Notes: generated by a model from the sequence alone, not told the origin. 64,000 bases of DNA from an uncultured delta proteobacterium (GCA_963827685.1 CAWHBU010000002.1:224001-288000), one strand, 5' to 3'; positions 51,163 to 61,326 are shown, numbered from the stretch's first letter. A program made the numbers and translations.

Positions 51163-52257
51163 ATGGAAACTGCGGGAAGAAAAATCTTAATTGTTGATGA
51201 CAACGCAGAATTTGCTGGTTTAATTAGAAAAATTCTGGAAAGAAAAGATTTTCAGGTCTCTGTTGCCTTGGATGGAAAGACGGCCATCGAAAAAGTAATA
51301 TCCAATATTCCCGAACTGGTTCTCCTCGATCTGAAATTGCCTGATATCCCGGGGGAAGAGATATTATTAAGAATCAAAGAAATTGACAAAGATATCGCCA
51401 TTGTCGTTATTACTGGCCATGGGGGAGAACAGGTAGCAGTCGATATGATGAGAAAAGGTGCAATTGATTTCCTCTCGAAGCCCATTGAACACGAAGTTCT
51501 TCTATCATCTATCAAGAATGCCTTAGAAATTCGTGACGCCCAAATTGAAGATAGACGGTTTGATCGGTATCCCTCCCTCGAAAGATTCTTTCCGTTTCTG
51601 GCACACGAGATTCGAAATCCGCTCCACGCCATTTCCGGAGCTCTTGCTATCATTCAAAGGCGATCGGATTTGAAGGATGAGATTCTGGCCCAGTCAATAA
51701 AAATTATAAATGAAGAGGTTCAACATTTAAACGAGTTCGTACAGGAATGTCTAAATTTTGTTCGGCCTCCCAATGTTGTTCGCTTGATTGGAGTGGATAT
51801 CAATGAGCTCATTTCTGTCGTGATGAATATTGTTTCACATATGTTTGAGTCAGAATCAAAAAAAGTCCAGATTATTAAGAAGGTAGATCCTCGGCTTCCA
51901 AAACTTCATGCCAATTATGAAGAGATCAAACAGGTCTTTTTGAATATTGTGAAAAATGCTTTTGAAGCCATGCCCGAGGGGGGACAATTTACCATAGAGG
52001 CTTGCCTTAAATCCGATTCTCAAGAAAATATGGAAATTACTTTTATCGATGATGGAATAGGCGTCAAAAAGGAAAATTTAGGCAGGCTTTTTAACCCCTT
52101 TTTTACCACCAAAATTAGGGGAACCGGTTTGGGATTAGCCGTCTGCCGCAGAATTATTGTCGAACGACATCATGGGAAAATTTATATTGAGAGCGAAGAG
52201 AATAAAGGAACGACGGTCAAAGTAGAATTACCGGTAGGCCGCCGGTCAGGAGATTAG
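51163..52257 (+). CDS. Hybrid response regulator receiver-histidine kinase
   Basis: REC (IVDD, LLDLKLP, KP), AHEIRNPL, N box, DDGIG, FFTTK and GTGLGL. Confidence 0.93.
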   Translation: METAGRKILIVDDNAEFAGLIRKILERKDFQVSVALDGKTAIEKVISNIPELVLLDLKLPDIPGEEILLRIKEIDKDIAIVVITGHGGEQVAVDMMRKGAIDFLSKPIEHEVLLSSIKNALEIRDAQIEDRRFDRYPSLERFFPFLAHEIRNPLHAISGALAIIQRRSDLKDEILAQSIKIINEEVQHLNEFVQECLNFVRPPNVVRLIGVDINELISVVMNIVSHMFESESKKVQIIKKVDPRLPKLHANYEEIKQVFLNIVKNAFEAMPEGGQFTIEACLKSDSQENMEITFIDDGIGVKKENLGRLFNPFFTTKIRGTGLGLAVCRRIIVERHHGKIYIESEENKGTTVKVELPVGRRSGD

Positions 52258-52260
52258 GGT

Positions 52261-53664
52261 ATGGTAATTCGTCCATCCATTTTAGTTGTCGATGATGAAC
52301 CCAATTCCCTTTTTGGGATTTGTCAGGTTTTAACCGATGAAGGATTTCAAACCATTCCAGCAAAAGATGGGAGAGAAGCGTTAGAAAAACTGAAAACCGA
52401 TTCAGTCAGTCTTATCATCACAGATGAAAAAATGCCTGACCTGAGTGGGATGGAGCTTCTTTCAGAGGTTAAGAAAACACATCCGCACATTCCATTGATT
52501 CTGATCACGGCTTATGGTTCAGTTTTCATGGCTGTCGAAGCGTTGAAAAAGGGCGCCTTTTATTTCTTCGAAAAGCCTATCTTTGATAAGCTGGAAAGGT
52601 TTTTTATCATCATCCGGCAGGCCCTCAAAACGCAAGAGATGGAAAGGGAGATCGACTCTCTTCGAAAGGAAGTCACTGAGAAATATTCTTTTCCCAACAT
52701 CATCGGAAGACATCCCAAGATGCTGGAGGTTTTTGAGATTATTAGCAGAGTTGCGGAAACGGATACGACGGTTCTGATCCAGGGGGAGAGTGGGACCGGA
52801 AAAGATCTCATTGCAAAAACCATCCATTACAATAGCATGAGAAGAGAAAAACCCTTGGTCACAGTCAATTGCGGAGCCTTGACGGAGAGCCTTCTCACCA
52901 GTGAACTATTTGGTCATAGGAAGGGAGCATTTACAGGTGCTGTCAGGGATACCATCGGTCGCTTCCAGGCTGCAGATGGAGGAACAGTGGTCTTAGATGA
53001 AATTGGTGAGATTCCGGTCAATCTTCAAAAGACACTTTTAAGGGTGATTGAGGAGAAAGAGTTCGAAAGGGTCGGAGATAGTCAACCGACAAAAGTTGAT
53101 ATTCGAATCATTTCTACTACCAATCGAAATCTTCAGGAGGAGGTAGCCAAAGGGAATTTCAGAGAAGACCTTTATTATAGACTGAGTATCGTTCCCATGA
53201 CCCTTCCACCCTTAAGAGAACGCACTTCGGATATTCCTTTATTGGTCAACTATTTTCTTAAGAAATTCCAGGAGGGGAGAACTCCCGTTAGGATCGAAAC
53301 AGAAGTGATTGAACAATTGAAAACGTTTTCTTGGTCTGGAAACGTAAGGGAGTTAACTAATATTATTCAGCAAATGGTGGTGTTCTGTAGAAGAAATACC
53401 ATTACTATCGAAGATCTTCCACCCCATCTTTTTCTAAAAGAGGGGAGTATTCAAAAGGGAGAGGGGGGGAAGGTCCAATTGATTAAGATGGTTTCTGACC
53501 TCGAAAAAAAGTGGATTGTCAGCAAGCTGAAAGAAACCGATTGGAACCAGGAAAAAACAGCAAGACTTCTCGGAATTACCCGAAAAATGCTTACTAATCG
53601 AATTAATAAGTACCATATCAAACAACAAAAGAATAGATGGTCCAATCCTAAAATTTGGCAGTAA
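52261..53664 (+). CDS. NtrC-family sigma54 response regulator
   Basis: REC, GESGTGK, GAFTGA, LDEIGE, FREDLYYRL and HTH. Confidence 0.95.
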   Translation: MVIRPSILVVDDEPNSLFGICQVLTDEGFQTIPAKDGREALEKLKTDSVSLIITDEKMPDLSGMELLSEVKKTHPHIPLILITAYGSVFMAVEALKKGAFYFFEKPIFDKLERFFIIIRQALKTQEMEREIDSLRKEVTEKYSFPNIIGRHPKMLEVFEIISRVAETDTTVLIQGESGTGKDLIAKTIHYNSMRREKPLVTVNCGALTESLLTSELFGHRKGAFTGAVRDTIGRFQAADGGTVVLDEIGEIPVNLQKTLLRVIEEKEFERVGDSQPTKVDIRIISTTNRNLQEEVAKGNFREDLYYRLSIVPMTLPPLRERTSDIPLLVNYFLKKFQEGRTPVRIETEVIEQLKTFSWSGNVRELTNIIQQMVVFCRRNTITIEDLPPHLFLKEGSIQKGEGGKVQLIKMVSDLEKKWIVSKLKETDWNQEKTARLLGITRKMLTNRINKYHIKQQKNRWSNPKIWQ

Positions 53665-53671
53665 ATTTGCA
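53656..53671 (+). promoter_or_regulatory. sigma54 promoter overlapping the stop codon of the NtrC-family gene
   Basis: TGGCAG-TAAAT-TTGCA, 12 bp before ATG 53684. Confidence 0.55.
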
Positions 53672-53683
53672 GTGAGATTTCCC

Positions 53684-54559
53684 ATGCCTGATAACTGGAT
53701 TCTATTAATAGACCCGTTTAAGAACCTCCTAAATGCTTATCGCATGATCTTAGAAGAAGAAAAATATTTGGTCGAGACGGCACTCAATTTAAAGGATGCA
53801 TATGAACTTCTTAAGAAGAAGCAATATTCTGTTATTATTACGGAATATTGCCCTCCATTTGATACGACCGATTATATGATACAATGGGTGAAAAAGAATG
53901 CTCCTGGAACCTATATCATCATTGTTACCAACGCTATCGTCGACGAAGAGACTTACGGAAAACTTTTTGATATAGGGGTTGATGATTTTATTTTGAAACC
54001 CTATTCTCCAGAGAGGATTCTCGTCCATGTGAAGAAAGGTTTAAAACAAAGGGATTTTATTATTCGGATGCAAGAATTGGAAAAGCTTAGCCTGCTTGAG
54101 CCAATCACTCAAAAGATCCAAGGGCTTATATTCAATGCAATCTTTTTTAAAAGGTGCCTTCGTCAAGAAATTAAGAAAGCAAAGCGTCATCACCATCCGT
54201 TTTCACTATTAATCATGCGAATGCCGAACAAGGAAAGAATAGGTGATCGCTTTGACAGTTTTTACATGGAACTTGTAAAAATTGTCAAAAGTCATACAAG
54301 AGAAGAAGATATGGTTGGTAAAGACAATGGTGAAATAGGTATCATTCTCCCCGAGACAGACCAAATCGGATCTGAGGCTTTAATGCAAAGGCTGTTGAAC
54401 TTAATTTATACCTCCCCCCAATTCAAATCCGACAACGTTATAAGACCCTACATTCAAGCCCTCTCTTTCCAATCCTTTACATATCCGAATCAGTTTTCCA
54501 TTCCTGATAGTCTAAAGACTGTTTTGGAGGAGGTAGATAAAGCATCCCTACCTCATTGA
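53684..54559 (+). CDS. Atypical REC + degenerate GGDEF protein
   Basis: REC with IITEY and DFILKP; GGDEF-like fold with REED (RxxD) but no GGDEF motif. Confidence 0.8.
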   Translation: MPDNWILLIDPFKNLLNAYRMILEEEKYLVETALNLKDAYELLKKKQYSVIITEYCPPFDTTDYMIQWVKKNAPGTYIIIVTNAIVDEETYGKLFDIGVDDFILKPYSPERILVHVKKGLKQRDFIIRMQELEKLSLLEPITQKIQGLIFNAIFFKRCLRQEIKKAKRHHHPFSLLIMRMPNKERIGDRFDSFYMELVKIVKSHTREEDMVGKDNGEIGIILPETDQIGSEALMQRLLNLIYTSPQFKSDNVIRPYIQALSFQSFTYPNQFSIPDSLKTVLEEVDKASLPH

Positions 54560-54720
54560 TCCATCCTTAATGAATCCCTTTTAGCTCAACGATAAAACCA
54601 ATAGAAATTATTTAGCAATTTAGGCACCGTGAACCTTTTGGCTCAATGATTGTGCCAAAGGGTCAATTTTAATAAAATTGAAAAATTTATGATGGCCCCT
54701 CCCGTAAAATAATCTTTTAA

Positions 54721-54774
54721 AATCAATGAGTTAAAAAATTGGATAAAATATCGTTAGTTGGTATAGTAATTGCG
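54721..54774 (+). promoter_or_regulatory. IHF site plus sigma54 promoter
   Basis: AATCAATGAGTTA (WATCAANNNNTTR) then TGGTAT-AGTAA-TTGCG. Confidence 0.65.
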
Positions 54775-54811
54775 TTACTGATTGAAATTTTGATTTCTAA
54801 CGATTACCTTT

Positions 54812-55306
54812 ATGCCGAAAGAAACGATTCTCATACTGGATAGAGAATTTCACGCCCAATGGACGTTAAAAACAATATTGGAAAGCGAAAAATATATTGT
54901 CCTATCTGTAGATACAATTGAAAGAGCCTTACAAAATTTTCAAGAGTTTGAAGTGTCCGGCCTGATCACCGAGTATCGAATTGATCAAGCCTATACTCCT
55001 AAAATCATTCGAGAACTAAAAAAGAGTTTTCCGGAGCTCTATGTCATGATGCTGACGCATGAAAATTTAGAAGAGAACGAATATGGGAAAATCATGAGTT
55101 CTGGTACCGATGATTTTTTTCTAAAGCCAATCTCGAGCGAAAAGATTCTAATCCATCTGGAGAAGGGGCTGAGACAGCGCAAAATCCTTCTTCAAAAAAG
55201 GCACTTGGAGCAAAGATTGAATGAAATAAAAACGAATGGAAGTGGTCGAGAGGACGTTCTGAGTACAAATGGTCTGTCTCACAATAAATCGTTCACTGCA
55301 AGATAG
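54812..55306 (+). CDS. Atypical single-domain response regulator
   Basis: ILILD, LITEY, MMLT and DFFLKP motifs. Confidence 0.8.
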   Translation: MPKETILILDREFHAQWTLKTILESEKYIVLSVDTIERALQNFQEFEVSGLITEYRIDQAYTPKIIRELKKSFPELYVMMLTHENLEENEYGKIMSSGTDDFFLKPISSEKILIHLEKGLRQRKILLQKRHLEQRLNEIKTNGSGREDVLSTNGLSHNKSFTAR

Positions 55307-55331
55307 AAAATTAACTATTGGGGGTAAGAAA

Positions 55332-57041
55332 ATGGAATTAAGTATCCTACCAAAGAGATCTGAGATATCCTCTAAAGTTCTCTATCCGCTTGATAAGAAG
55401 AGTAGAGCCTATACACTTTTTCAGAAGGTTCAAGGAGCGATGCATAATGTCCCTAATTTTGGTGAAACTTGCAGAGCCATTTTGGATGCTGTGATGGATG
55501 AAATGGATGCGGAAAACTGTTCTCTGATGTTGAAAGATCCGATCTCCGGCGATTTAACTATCTGTGCGGCCCGTGGAAAGAATGAAGGGAAGAGTGTTTT
55601 TTACCCTGATCGATCAGGCAATGGGAGAAGATTTAAGTCAGGAGAAGGGGTTGCAGGGTGGGTTCTGAGAGAGGGACAAGCCGTAATGCTGAATGACGTC
55701 CGTCAAGAACCTCGTTTTGTAAGTGTGGCAGGACTGAATGACAATGGTAGTAGTAATAATAAGGTTAATTCCCTAATCTGTTTTCCGATACGAGAGAGGG
55801 ATCAGGTTGTCGGAGTTTTCAACCTCAGTCATTCTAAGAAAGGAGCTTTTAATGAAGGGGATAAATTGGCTCTTGCCTATATTTCCAACCAAGTGGGGGC
55901 TGCCCTGACCTCCGCCCGTTTCTTTTTGGAAATCAAGGAAGTGAACCGGTTGATCAGGGATTCCAGGGAAGTTTTTTCAAAAGAAAAAGTTGTTCCAATC
56001 TCTCCTACTTCCTCTTCGACTTTTATTGAGGTAGGCGAAGTAACTCGAGAGGAAGGGATCTTTATTTACACCAGTGACAAGATGCATCGAATTAAAGAGA
56101 TCGTTGACCAGATAGCCAATACCGATGTTACGGTGCTCGTCCAAGGCGAGAGCGGGGTGGGTAAAGAGGTGGTGGCACGTTCTATTCACCTCAATTCTTT
56201 TCGCAGAGAAAGACCATTTGTTAAGGTGAATTGTGCTGCTCTACCTCAGGAACTTCTGGAAAGCGAGCTTTTCGGTTATGAAAAAGGTGCGTTTACAGGG
56301 GCCTATCGTCAGAAACCGGGGAAATTTGAATTGGCCAATGGTGGGACGATTTTCTTGGATGAAATTTCAGAGATGAGCCTGTCTCTCCAGGGGAAACTTC
56401 TCCAGGTTCTTCAGGACGGAGAGTTTTCGAGATTAGGGGGGAAGAAGGACGTCCGAGTGGATGTGCGAGTATTAGTAGCGACGAATAGAAACATGGAAGA
56501 GGGCGTCAAGAATGGTCGATTCCGTGAAGATCTTTATTATCGGTTGAATGTCGTCAATATCACTATTCCTCCCTTGAGAGAGAGGAGAGAGGAGATCCCG
56601 ATCTTTGTTGAGTATTTTTTGGATAAATTTGGTAAGAAATATCAAAAGAAGGTAACCCCGTTATCTGATAAGATGATGAAGGCTTTTTCCCAGCACTATT
56701 GGTCAGGAAATGTGCGGGAGTTGGAGAATATGATCCAACGGTTTGTTGTCTTGGGGAATGAAAGGGCAATCATTGAAGAATTGACTCCTGCGGCCCGGGA
56801 AGATTCTATCCCGGAGAACAATAAAAAGATGGTTCCGGCAAAAAAGGTTTGGCCTTCTTTGAAGGAGGTTCATCAGGAAGCCAGTAAAAAGGCCGAGTCT
56901 GAGATCATGCTTAGAGCTTTGGAGATGACCAATTGGAACCGTAAGAAGGCAGCCGATATATTAAATATTAGTTATAAAGCCCTTCTCTATAAAATTAAAG
57001 AAACCGGTCTCGATAAGCGATTTATTCCCCAAGCATCGTAA
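55332..57041 (+). CDS. GAF-domain sigma54 enhancer-binding protein
   Basis: GAF (GEGVAGWV, EPRF, SLICFPI), GESGVGK, GAFTGA, FLDEISE and HTH. Confidence 0.93.
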   Translation: MELSILPKRSEISSKVLYPLDKKSRAYTLFQKVQGAMHNVPNFGETCRAILDAVMDEMDAENCSLMLKDPISGDLTICAARGKNEGKSVFYPDRSGNGRRFKSGEGVAGWVLREGQAVMLNDVRQEPRFVSVAGLNDNGSSNNKVNSLICFPIRERDQVVGVFNLSHSKKGAFNEGDKLALAYISNQVGAALTSARFFLEIKEVNRLIRDSREVFSKEKVVPISPTSSSTFIEVGEVTREEGIFIYTSDKMHRIKEIVDQIANTDVTVLVQGESGVGKEVVARSIHLNSFRRERPFVKVNCAALPQELLESELFGYEKGAFTGAYRQKPGKFELANGGTIFLDEISEMSLSLQGKLLQVLQDGEFSRLGGKKDVRVDVRVLVATNRNMEEGVKNGRFREDLYYRLNVVNITIPPLRERREEIPIFVEYFLDKFGKKYQKKVTPLSDKMMKAFSQHYWSGNVRELENMIQRFVVLGNERAIIEELTPAAREDSIPENNKKMVPAKKVWPSLKEVHQEASKKAESEIMLRALEMTNWNRKKAADILNISYKALLYKIKETGLDKRFIPQAS

Positions 57042-57335
57042 ATTTTACCCCTTACTTCAAACTTTGTGGGAGAAGAACGATCAAGGAATCGCAGCGGATC
57101 ATAATTTATTATTAACGGTTTCATTTTTGGCGGAGAGAATTTGAGGGAAGAGAATCAAATTTCTGCTTTCGACGAAGAATGAATGAAAGTGGAACTGATT
57201 TTCCACTTTTTCCAACTATTTTTCTACGTTTTCCCCCCTATTTCTTAAGAGGCCAAGAAGCTTTTTCACAATCGAGGCAAGAAAAATCTGTTAATTTTCA
57301 AGGGATTAGTCAATATGTAAGAAACTATCTTTTAT

Positions 57336-57351
57336 TGGCATATAGATTGCT
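57336..57351 (+). promoter_or_regulatory. sigma54 promoter
   Basis: TGGCAT-ATAGA-TTGCT, 15 bp before ATG 57367. Confidence 0.7.
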
Positions 57352-57366
57352 CTTTTTCTGATTCTG

Positions 57367-58395
57367 ATGAAGGACATTTACCCAATCATTTTCTCTAATA
57401 GTTCTAAGATGACTAAAATCAAGGCGATCGCTGATGAAATCGCTAAGACCGATATTACGGTTTTGATTAAGGGTGAGAGTGGGACAGGGAAAGAGCTACT
57501 GGCCCAGACCATCCATCTGGATTCTCACCGGAGGGATAAACCCTTTGTTAAAGTAAATTGCGCAGCCATCCCTAAAGGACTCCTTGAAAGTGAGCTCTTT
57601 GGGTTTGAAAAAGGGGCCTTTACAGGAGCCCATTTAGAAAAACCGGGGAAGTTCGAATTGGCTAATCGTGGGACGATCTTGCTGAACGATATCGGCGAAA
57701 TAGACATTTCCATTCAGGCAAAACTATTGCAAGTCCTTCAAGATGGAGTGTTTTCCCGTTTAGGAGGGAATGGAGATGTGACGGTGGATACCCGTGTGAT
57801 TGCTACCACCAAAGATCATTTAGAAAAGACGATGATGGAAGGGCGTTTCCGCGAAGACCTATTTTTCAGGATCAATGTGATCAACATCACCGTTCCACCT
57901 TTGCGGGATCGCAAGGAGCAAATTCTTCCCCTTTCCCAGTATTATTTCAATTTTTACAAAAAGAAATATGGAAGAGAAGCCCCGCCGTTATCATCAATGA
58001 TGATCAATGCGTTTAATGAATATGATTGGCCTGGGAACATCCGTGAATTAGAAAATATGATAAAACGGATCGTCCTATTTGGTGAAGAGGAATCGGTCCT
58101 ACATAGCGTTTCGGGTGAAAGGGTGGATGACGGAAGTAATCCTGAGTCCAACGGAAGTTTATTACCCAACGCCTCAGCAGAAAATAAATCATTGAACTTG
58201 AAAGAGGTTGGGAAAAAAGCGGCTGAAGTTGCAGAAAAAGAGATTATTCAAAGCACGTTACTAGAGACACATTGGAACCGAAAAAAGGCCGCTAAATTAC
58301 TACGCGTGAGTTATAAGGCATTGCTGTATAAGATTCAAAAATACCATTTAGATGATCTGAGAGCATATCGAACGGTGGAAGAAGAGGCCGGTTGA
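57367..58395 (+). CDS. sigma54 enhancer-binding protein lacking a regulatory domain, with atypical Walker B
   Basis: GESGTGK, GAFTGA, LLNDIGE, WPGNIRELEN and HTH. Confidence 0.9.
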   Translation: MKDIYPIIFSNSSKMTKIKAIADEIAKTDITVLIKGESGTGKELLAQTIHLDSHRRDKPFVKVNCAAIPKGLLESELFGFEKGAFTGAHLEKPGKFELANRGTILLNDIGEIDISIQAKLLQVLQDGVFSRLGGNGDVTVDTRVIATTKDHLEKTMMEGRFREDLFFRINVINITVPPLRDRKEQILPLSQYYFNFYKKKYGREAPPLSSMMINAFNEYDWPGNIRELENMIKRIVLFGEEESVLHSVSGERVDDGSNPESNGSLLPNASAENKSLNLKEVGKKAAEVAEKEIIQSTLLETHWNRKKAAKLLRVSYKALLYKIQKYHLDDLRAYRTVEEEAG

Positions 58396-58457
58396 AAAAT
58401 TGGAATAGGATTATTTCAAGCATAGGTTGAGAATTGGAGCATGAGGGAGAGCCGGGG

Positions 58458-58919
58458 ATGGAAAATCGGGGGGGTAGGTTTCCAAGCGGATCAGAGGAAA
58501 CATTCGGCAGAATTCTGAATCGAGATTTATTCCTTTTCCTTTTAGACCTCGAGGTGAAGCGTGGGCGACGTTATCAGAATTTTCTCTGCCTGATGCTCCT
58601 AAAAATTAAACAATTTTCACAAGAGGGTGATGGGGGAGGTTTACGGGCTTGCAACCGGACACTAAGTCATCTATTAGCGGAAGAGATACGTGAAAGTGAC
58701 ATCATCGGCTCTATTGAATTAAATAAATTAGCGGTCCTTCTTCCTTATGCGGATGAGAAAGCGGGAGCTTCGGTCAAATCGCGATTCGAAGATACGCTGA
58801 AATATTATGACTTTAAAAGTAAAGGGTTTGAAATCATGATCGATCAAGTCTGTTTCCCAGTTAATGGGACGGATGCGTTAGACCTTATTAAAAAGGCACT
58901 TGGTGGAGAATCTGCGTAA
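58458..58919 (+). CDS. Stand-alone degenerate GGDEF-like protein
   Basis: LNRDLF..EVKRGRRY..IRESDIIG..LLPYAD; RxxD present, GGDEF absent. Confidence 0.7.
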   Translation: MENRGGRFPSGSEETFGRILNRDLFLFLLDLEVKRGRRYQNFLCLMLLKIKQFSQEGDGGGLRACNRTLSHLLAEEIRESDIIGSIELNKLAVLLPYADEKAGASVKSRFEDTLKYYDFKSKGFEIMIDQVCFPVNGTDALDLIKKALGGESA

Positions 58920-58997
58920 GTTAATTAACTATTTGAAAAGCCCTCCTGCCGCAGACAGGCAGGCTTAACCAGACTTTAAATGGCAAGGAGTGATAGG

Positions 58998-59612
58998 ATG
59001 AGAAAATTATTGAATATCGGAGTGATGGTGGCATTGATATTATTAATAATGACCAACATGGGCTACCCTCAAACGGATAATGAAACTCCTCCGAAAAAGG
59101 AAGCCCAGGCTGAAATAACTCCTGACAGCGGCAGTTACGTGATTGGCCCTGAAGATGTTCTGTACATCCATGTTTGGAGAGAAGAGACCTTATCGAGAAC
59201 TGTTCCGGTAAGAGTGGATGGAAATATTTCCCTTCCGATCATTAATGAAATTAGGGCGGCTGGGCTAACGCCTCTTCAATTGAAGGAGGCATTGACCGTG
59301 AGATTAAAAGAATTTATTGAAAGCCCAAATGTTTCTGTGACCGTGATGGAGGCCAACAGTTTCAAGGTCTATGTTTCCGGGCAAGTCAGGACTCCGGGAG
59401 TCTATCGCCTTCGAAGTGAGACGACTGTCCTGCAGATCATCCCTATGGCGGGCGGGTTTACAGAATGGGCCAACCAAAAGAAAATCCTAATCATTCGGAG
59501 AGAAAACGGTAAGGAGAAGCGAATCACTGTTAATTACAAAAAAATTATGAAAGGTGACGATGCAGGTTCCAACATTACGTTAAAACCGGGCGATACGGTT
59601 ATTGTCCCATGA
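58998..59612 (+). CDS. Polysaccharide export protein (Wza/SLBB family)
   Basis: YVIGPEDVL, VRVDGNISLP, GQVRTPG, AGGFTEWA and LKPGDTVIVP motifs. Confidence 0.92.
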   Translation: MRKLLNIGVMVALILLIMTNMGYPQTDNETPPKKEAQAEITPDSGSYVIGPEDVLYIHVWREETLSRTVPVRVDGNISLPIINEIRAAGLTPLQLKEALTVRLKEFIESPNVSVTVMEANSFKVYVSGQVRTPGVYRLRSETTVLQIIPMAGGFTEWANQKKILIIRRENGKEKRITVNYKKIMKGDDAGSNITLKPGDTVIVP

Positions 59613-59885
59613 CAGAAGCACGCAAAGCGCATAGAGCATGGCGTAATGAAGACCCGTTAGGCGTAAGGGGAAGTAACCCAAAACCCTGCCTTCCCTCCCA
59701 CTTGACGGGGACACAAAACTTTCCCTCCCACTTGACGGGGGAGGGTGAGGGTGGGGGTGAGAGCGTAGCCTCGACGTTCCTGCCCCGCGGCAGGCAGGCA
59801 CTGCCGACGGGTCTTAAGAAGAGAAAGGGGTAGAAACCCAATGAACCCAATAGACTCAAAGAACCCAATGAACTTAACAAACCGA
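59612..59885. repeat. Composite intergenic repeat tract
   Basis: Duplicated CTTCCCTCCCACTTGACGGGG, CCTGCC..GGCAGGCAGG palindrome, 9-mer tandem (AACCCAATG)n. Confidence 0.7.
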
Positions 59886-61217
59886 CTAACCTGGTTTGGT
59901 AGGTTTATTTTTATTTTATTAATCTTATTGGCCCCTTCGATGGTTTATGCGGATTGGGGGGATATGCTCTCCAGATTTCAATTTTATGGCACTGTCCAGG
60001 AGACATACGATAACAACGTCAACCTTACGCCGAGGGACAAGAAGGATGATTTTATCACCACAGTTTCCCTCGGGTTAAGATTCTCCACGCTGCCGCGGTC
60101 TGAGACGACCGGTGGATTTCTGCCCCCTTCTGCTACTGAAGAGACAAGGTACGGGATCTACTTAGACTTTCTTCCTAGCTATCTCTTTTACGCAAAAGGC
60201 ACGAGTGACAATTATCTCAGTCTCTCCGGAAACCTGAACGCCTGGTATACGTGGGATAGAAAGCTGACGTTCCGAGTCAGAGATTATTTGATCCGATCTG
60301 AAGAACCTTTGGAGAGAAATTTCTCCGCCGACGCTTTACCAGGCCAAATCCTCCTCGGAAGCCAAAGGGGAAGGCCCATCTATATCCGAAACGTGGCCGA
60401 ACCTTCTCTCGAATATCGGTTTGGCAGGGAAGACATCATCTCGGTCAATTACTTGAACAATGTCTACAGAAATCAAGAGAGTTCCCTTTTCGAGGATAGC
60501 ACGGAAAACTACATCAACCCTAAGATCACTTACTGGTTCAATATTAGGCATGGGGTGTCTTTAGAATATGCCCTCGACCTGGGTGATTTTCATCGTTCTC
60601 CTGACATGACAGGGAATCTGGGTAAGGGCCGTTACACCTATCGTTTTGACCCGAGGGCCTCGGTTTTTGGAGAATACACCTTCCAGAGACGAGAATTTGA
60701 AAAGCAAGTTTCGGTACCTACCTTGGATTACGATATCCACGCACCGGCGATTGGCTTCGAATATGCTTTTAGCCCGACTCTCTCTCTTACCGCAAAATTC
60801 GGCTATTTCTGGCAAATCGTACAGAGAGGATCGAATGAGGCCGGGCCGCTTTACGACATCCTTATCACACAGCGCGCTCAAAAAACCACCTATACTCTCG
60901 GCTTCCGAGGCGGATATACCGAGGACTACTTTACAGCTCAGAATCTTGGGTTTGCGAAGTACAACCAGGTGATCGGAACGATCACCCACCAACTCATGGA
61001 AAGATTGGCTGTAACCTTTTCAGGCCGTTATCAAAGGCCTAAGTTTAATGACGGACGGTTAGACAACATATGGGGCGTCACAACGGGTGTCTCTTATCGA
61101 ATCCTAAGATGGCTGACCCTTGGCCTCGATTTCTCCTATACAGAAGATCATTCGAATAGAGAAGTAAATAATTATACCGATTTTATGGGAATTTTTCGGA
61201 TAACAGCCACATACTAA
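59841..61217 (+). CDS. Outer membrane beta-barrel protein, exopolysaccharide-associated
   Basis: Signal peptide, ETYDNNV..DDFITT, alternating beta pattern, C-terminal ITATY; start may be 59868. Confidence 0.8.
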   Translation: MNPIDSKNPMNLTNRLTWFGRFIFILLILLAPSMVYADWGDMLSRFQFYGTVQETYDNNVNLTPRDKKDDFITTVSLGLRFSTLPRSETTGGFLPPSATEETRYGIYLDFLPSYLFYAKGTSDNYLSLSGNLNAWYTWDRKLTFRVRDYLIRSEEPLERNFSADALPGQILLGSQRGRPIYIRNVAEPSLEYRFGREDIISVNYLNNVYRNQESSLFEDSTENYINPKITYWFNIRHGVSLEYALDLGDFHRSPDMTGNLGKGRYTYRFDPRASVFGEYTFQRREFEKQVSVPTLDYDIHAPAIGFEYAFSPTLSLTAKFGYFWQIVQRGSNEAGPLYDILITQRAQKTTYTLGFRGGYTEDYFTAQNLGFAKYNQVIGTITHQLMERLAVTFSGRYQRPKFNDGRLDNIWGVTTGVSYRILRWLTLGLDFSYTEDHSNREVNNYTDFMGIFRITATY

Positions 61218-61326
61218 TGTGACTGGTATAGTCATTTATAGGATAAATAAATGGACTCAAGTAACCCAATAGACACAAGTAACTCAATGAACTTTGCAGC
61301 AGCACAGCAACACTGAGGAGTAAACT

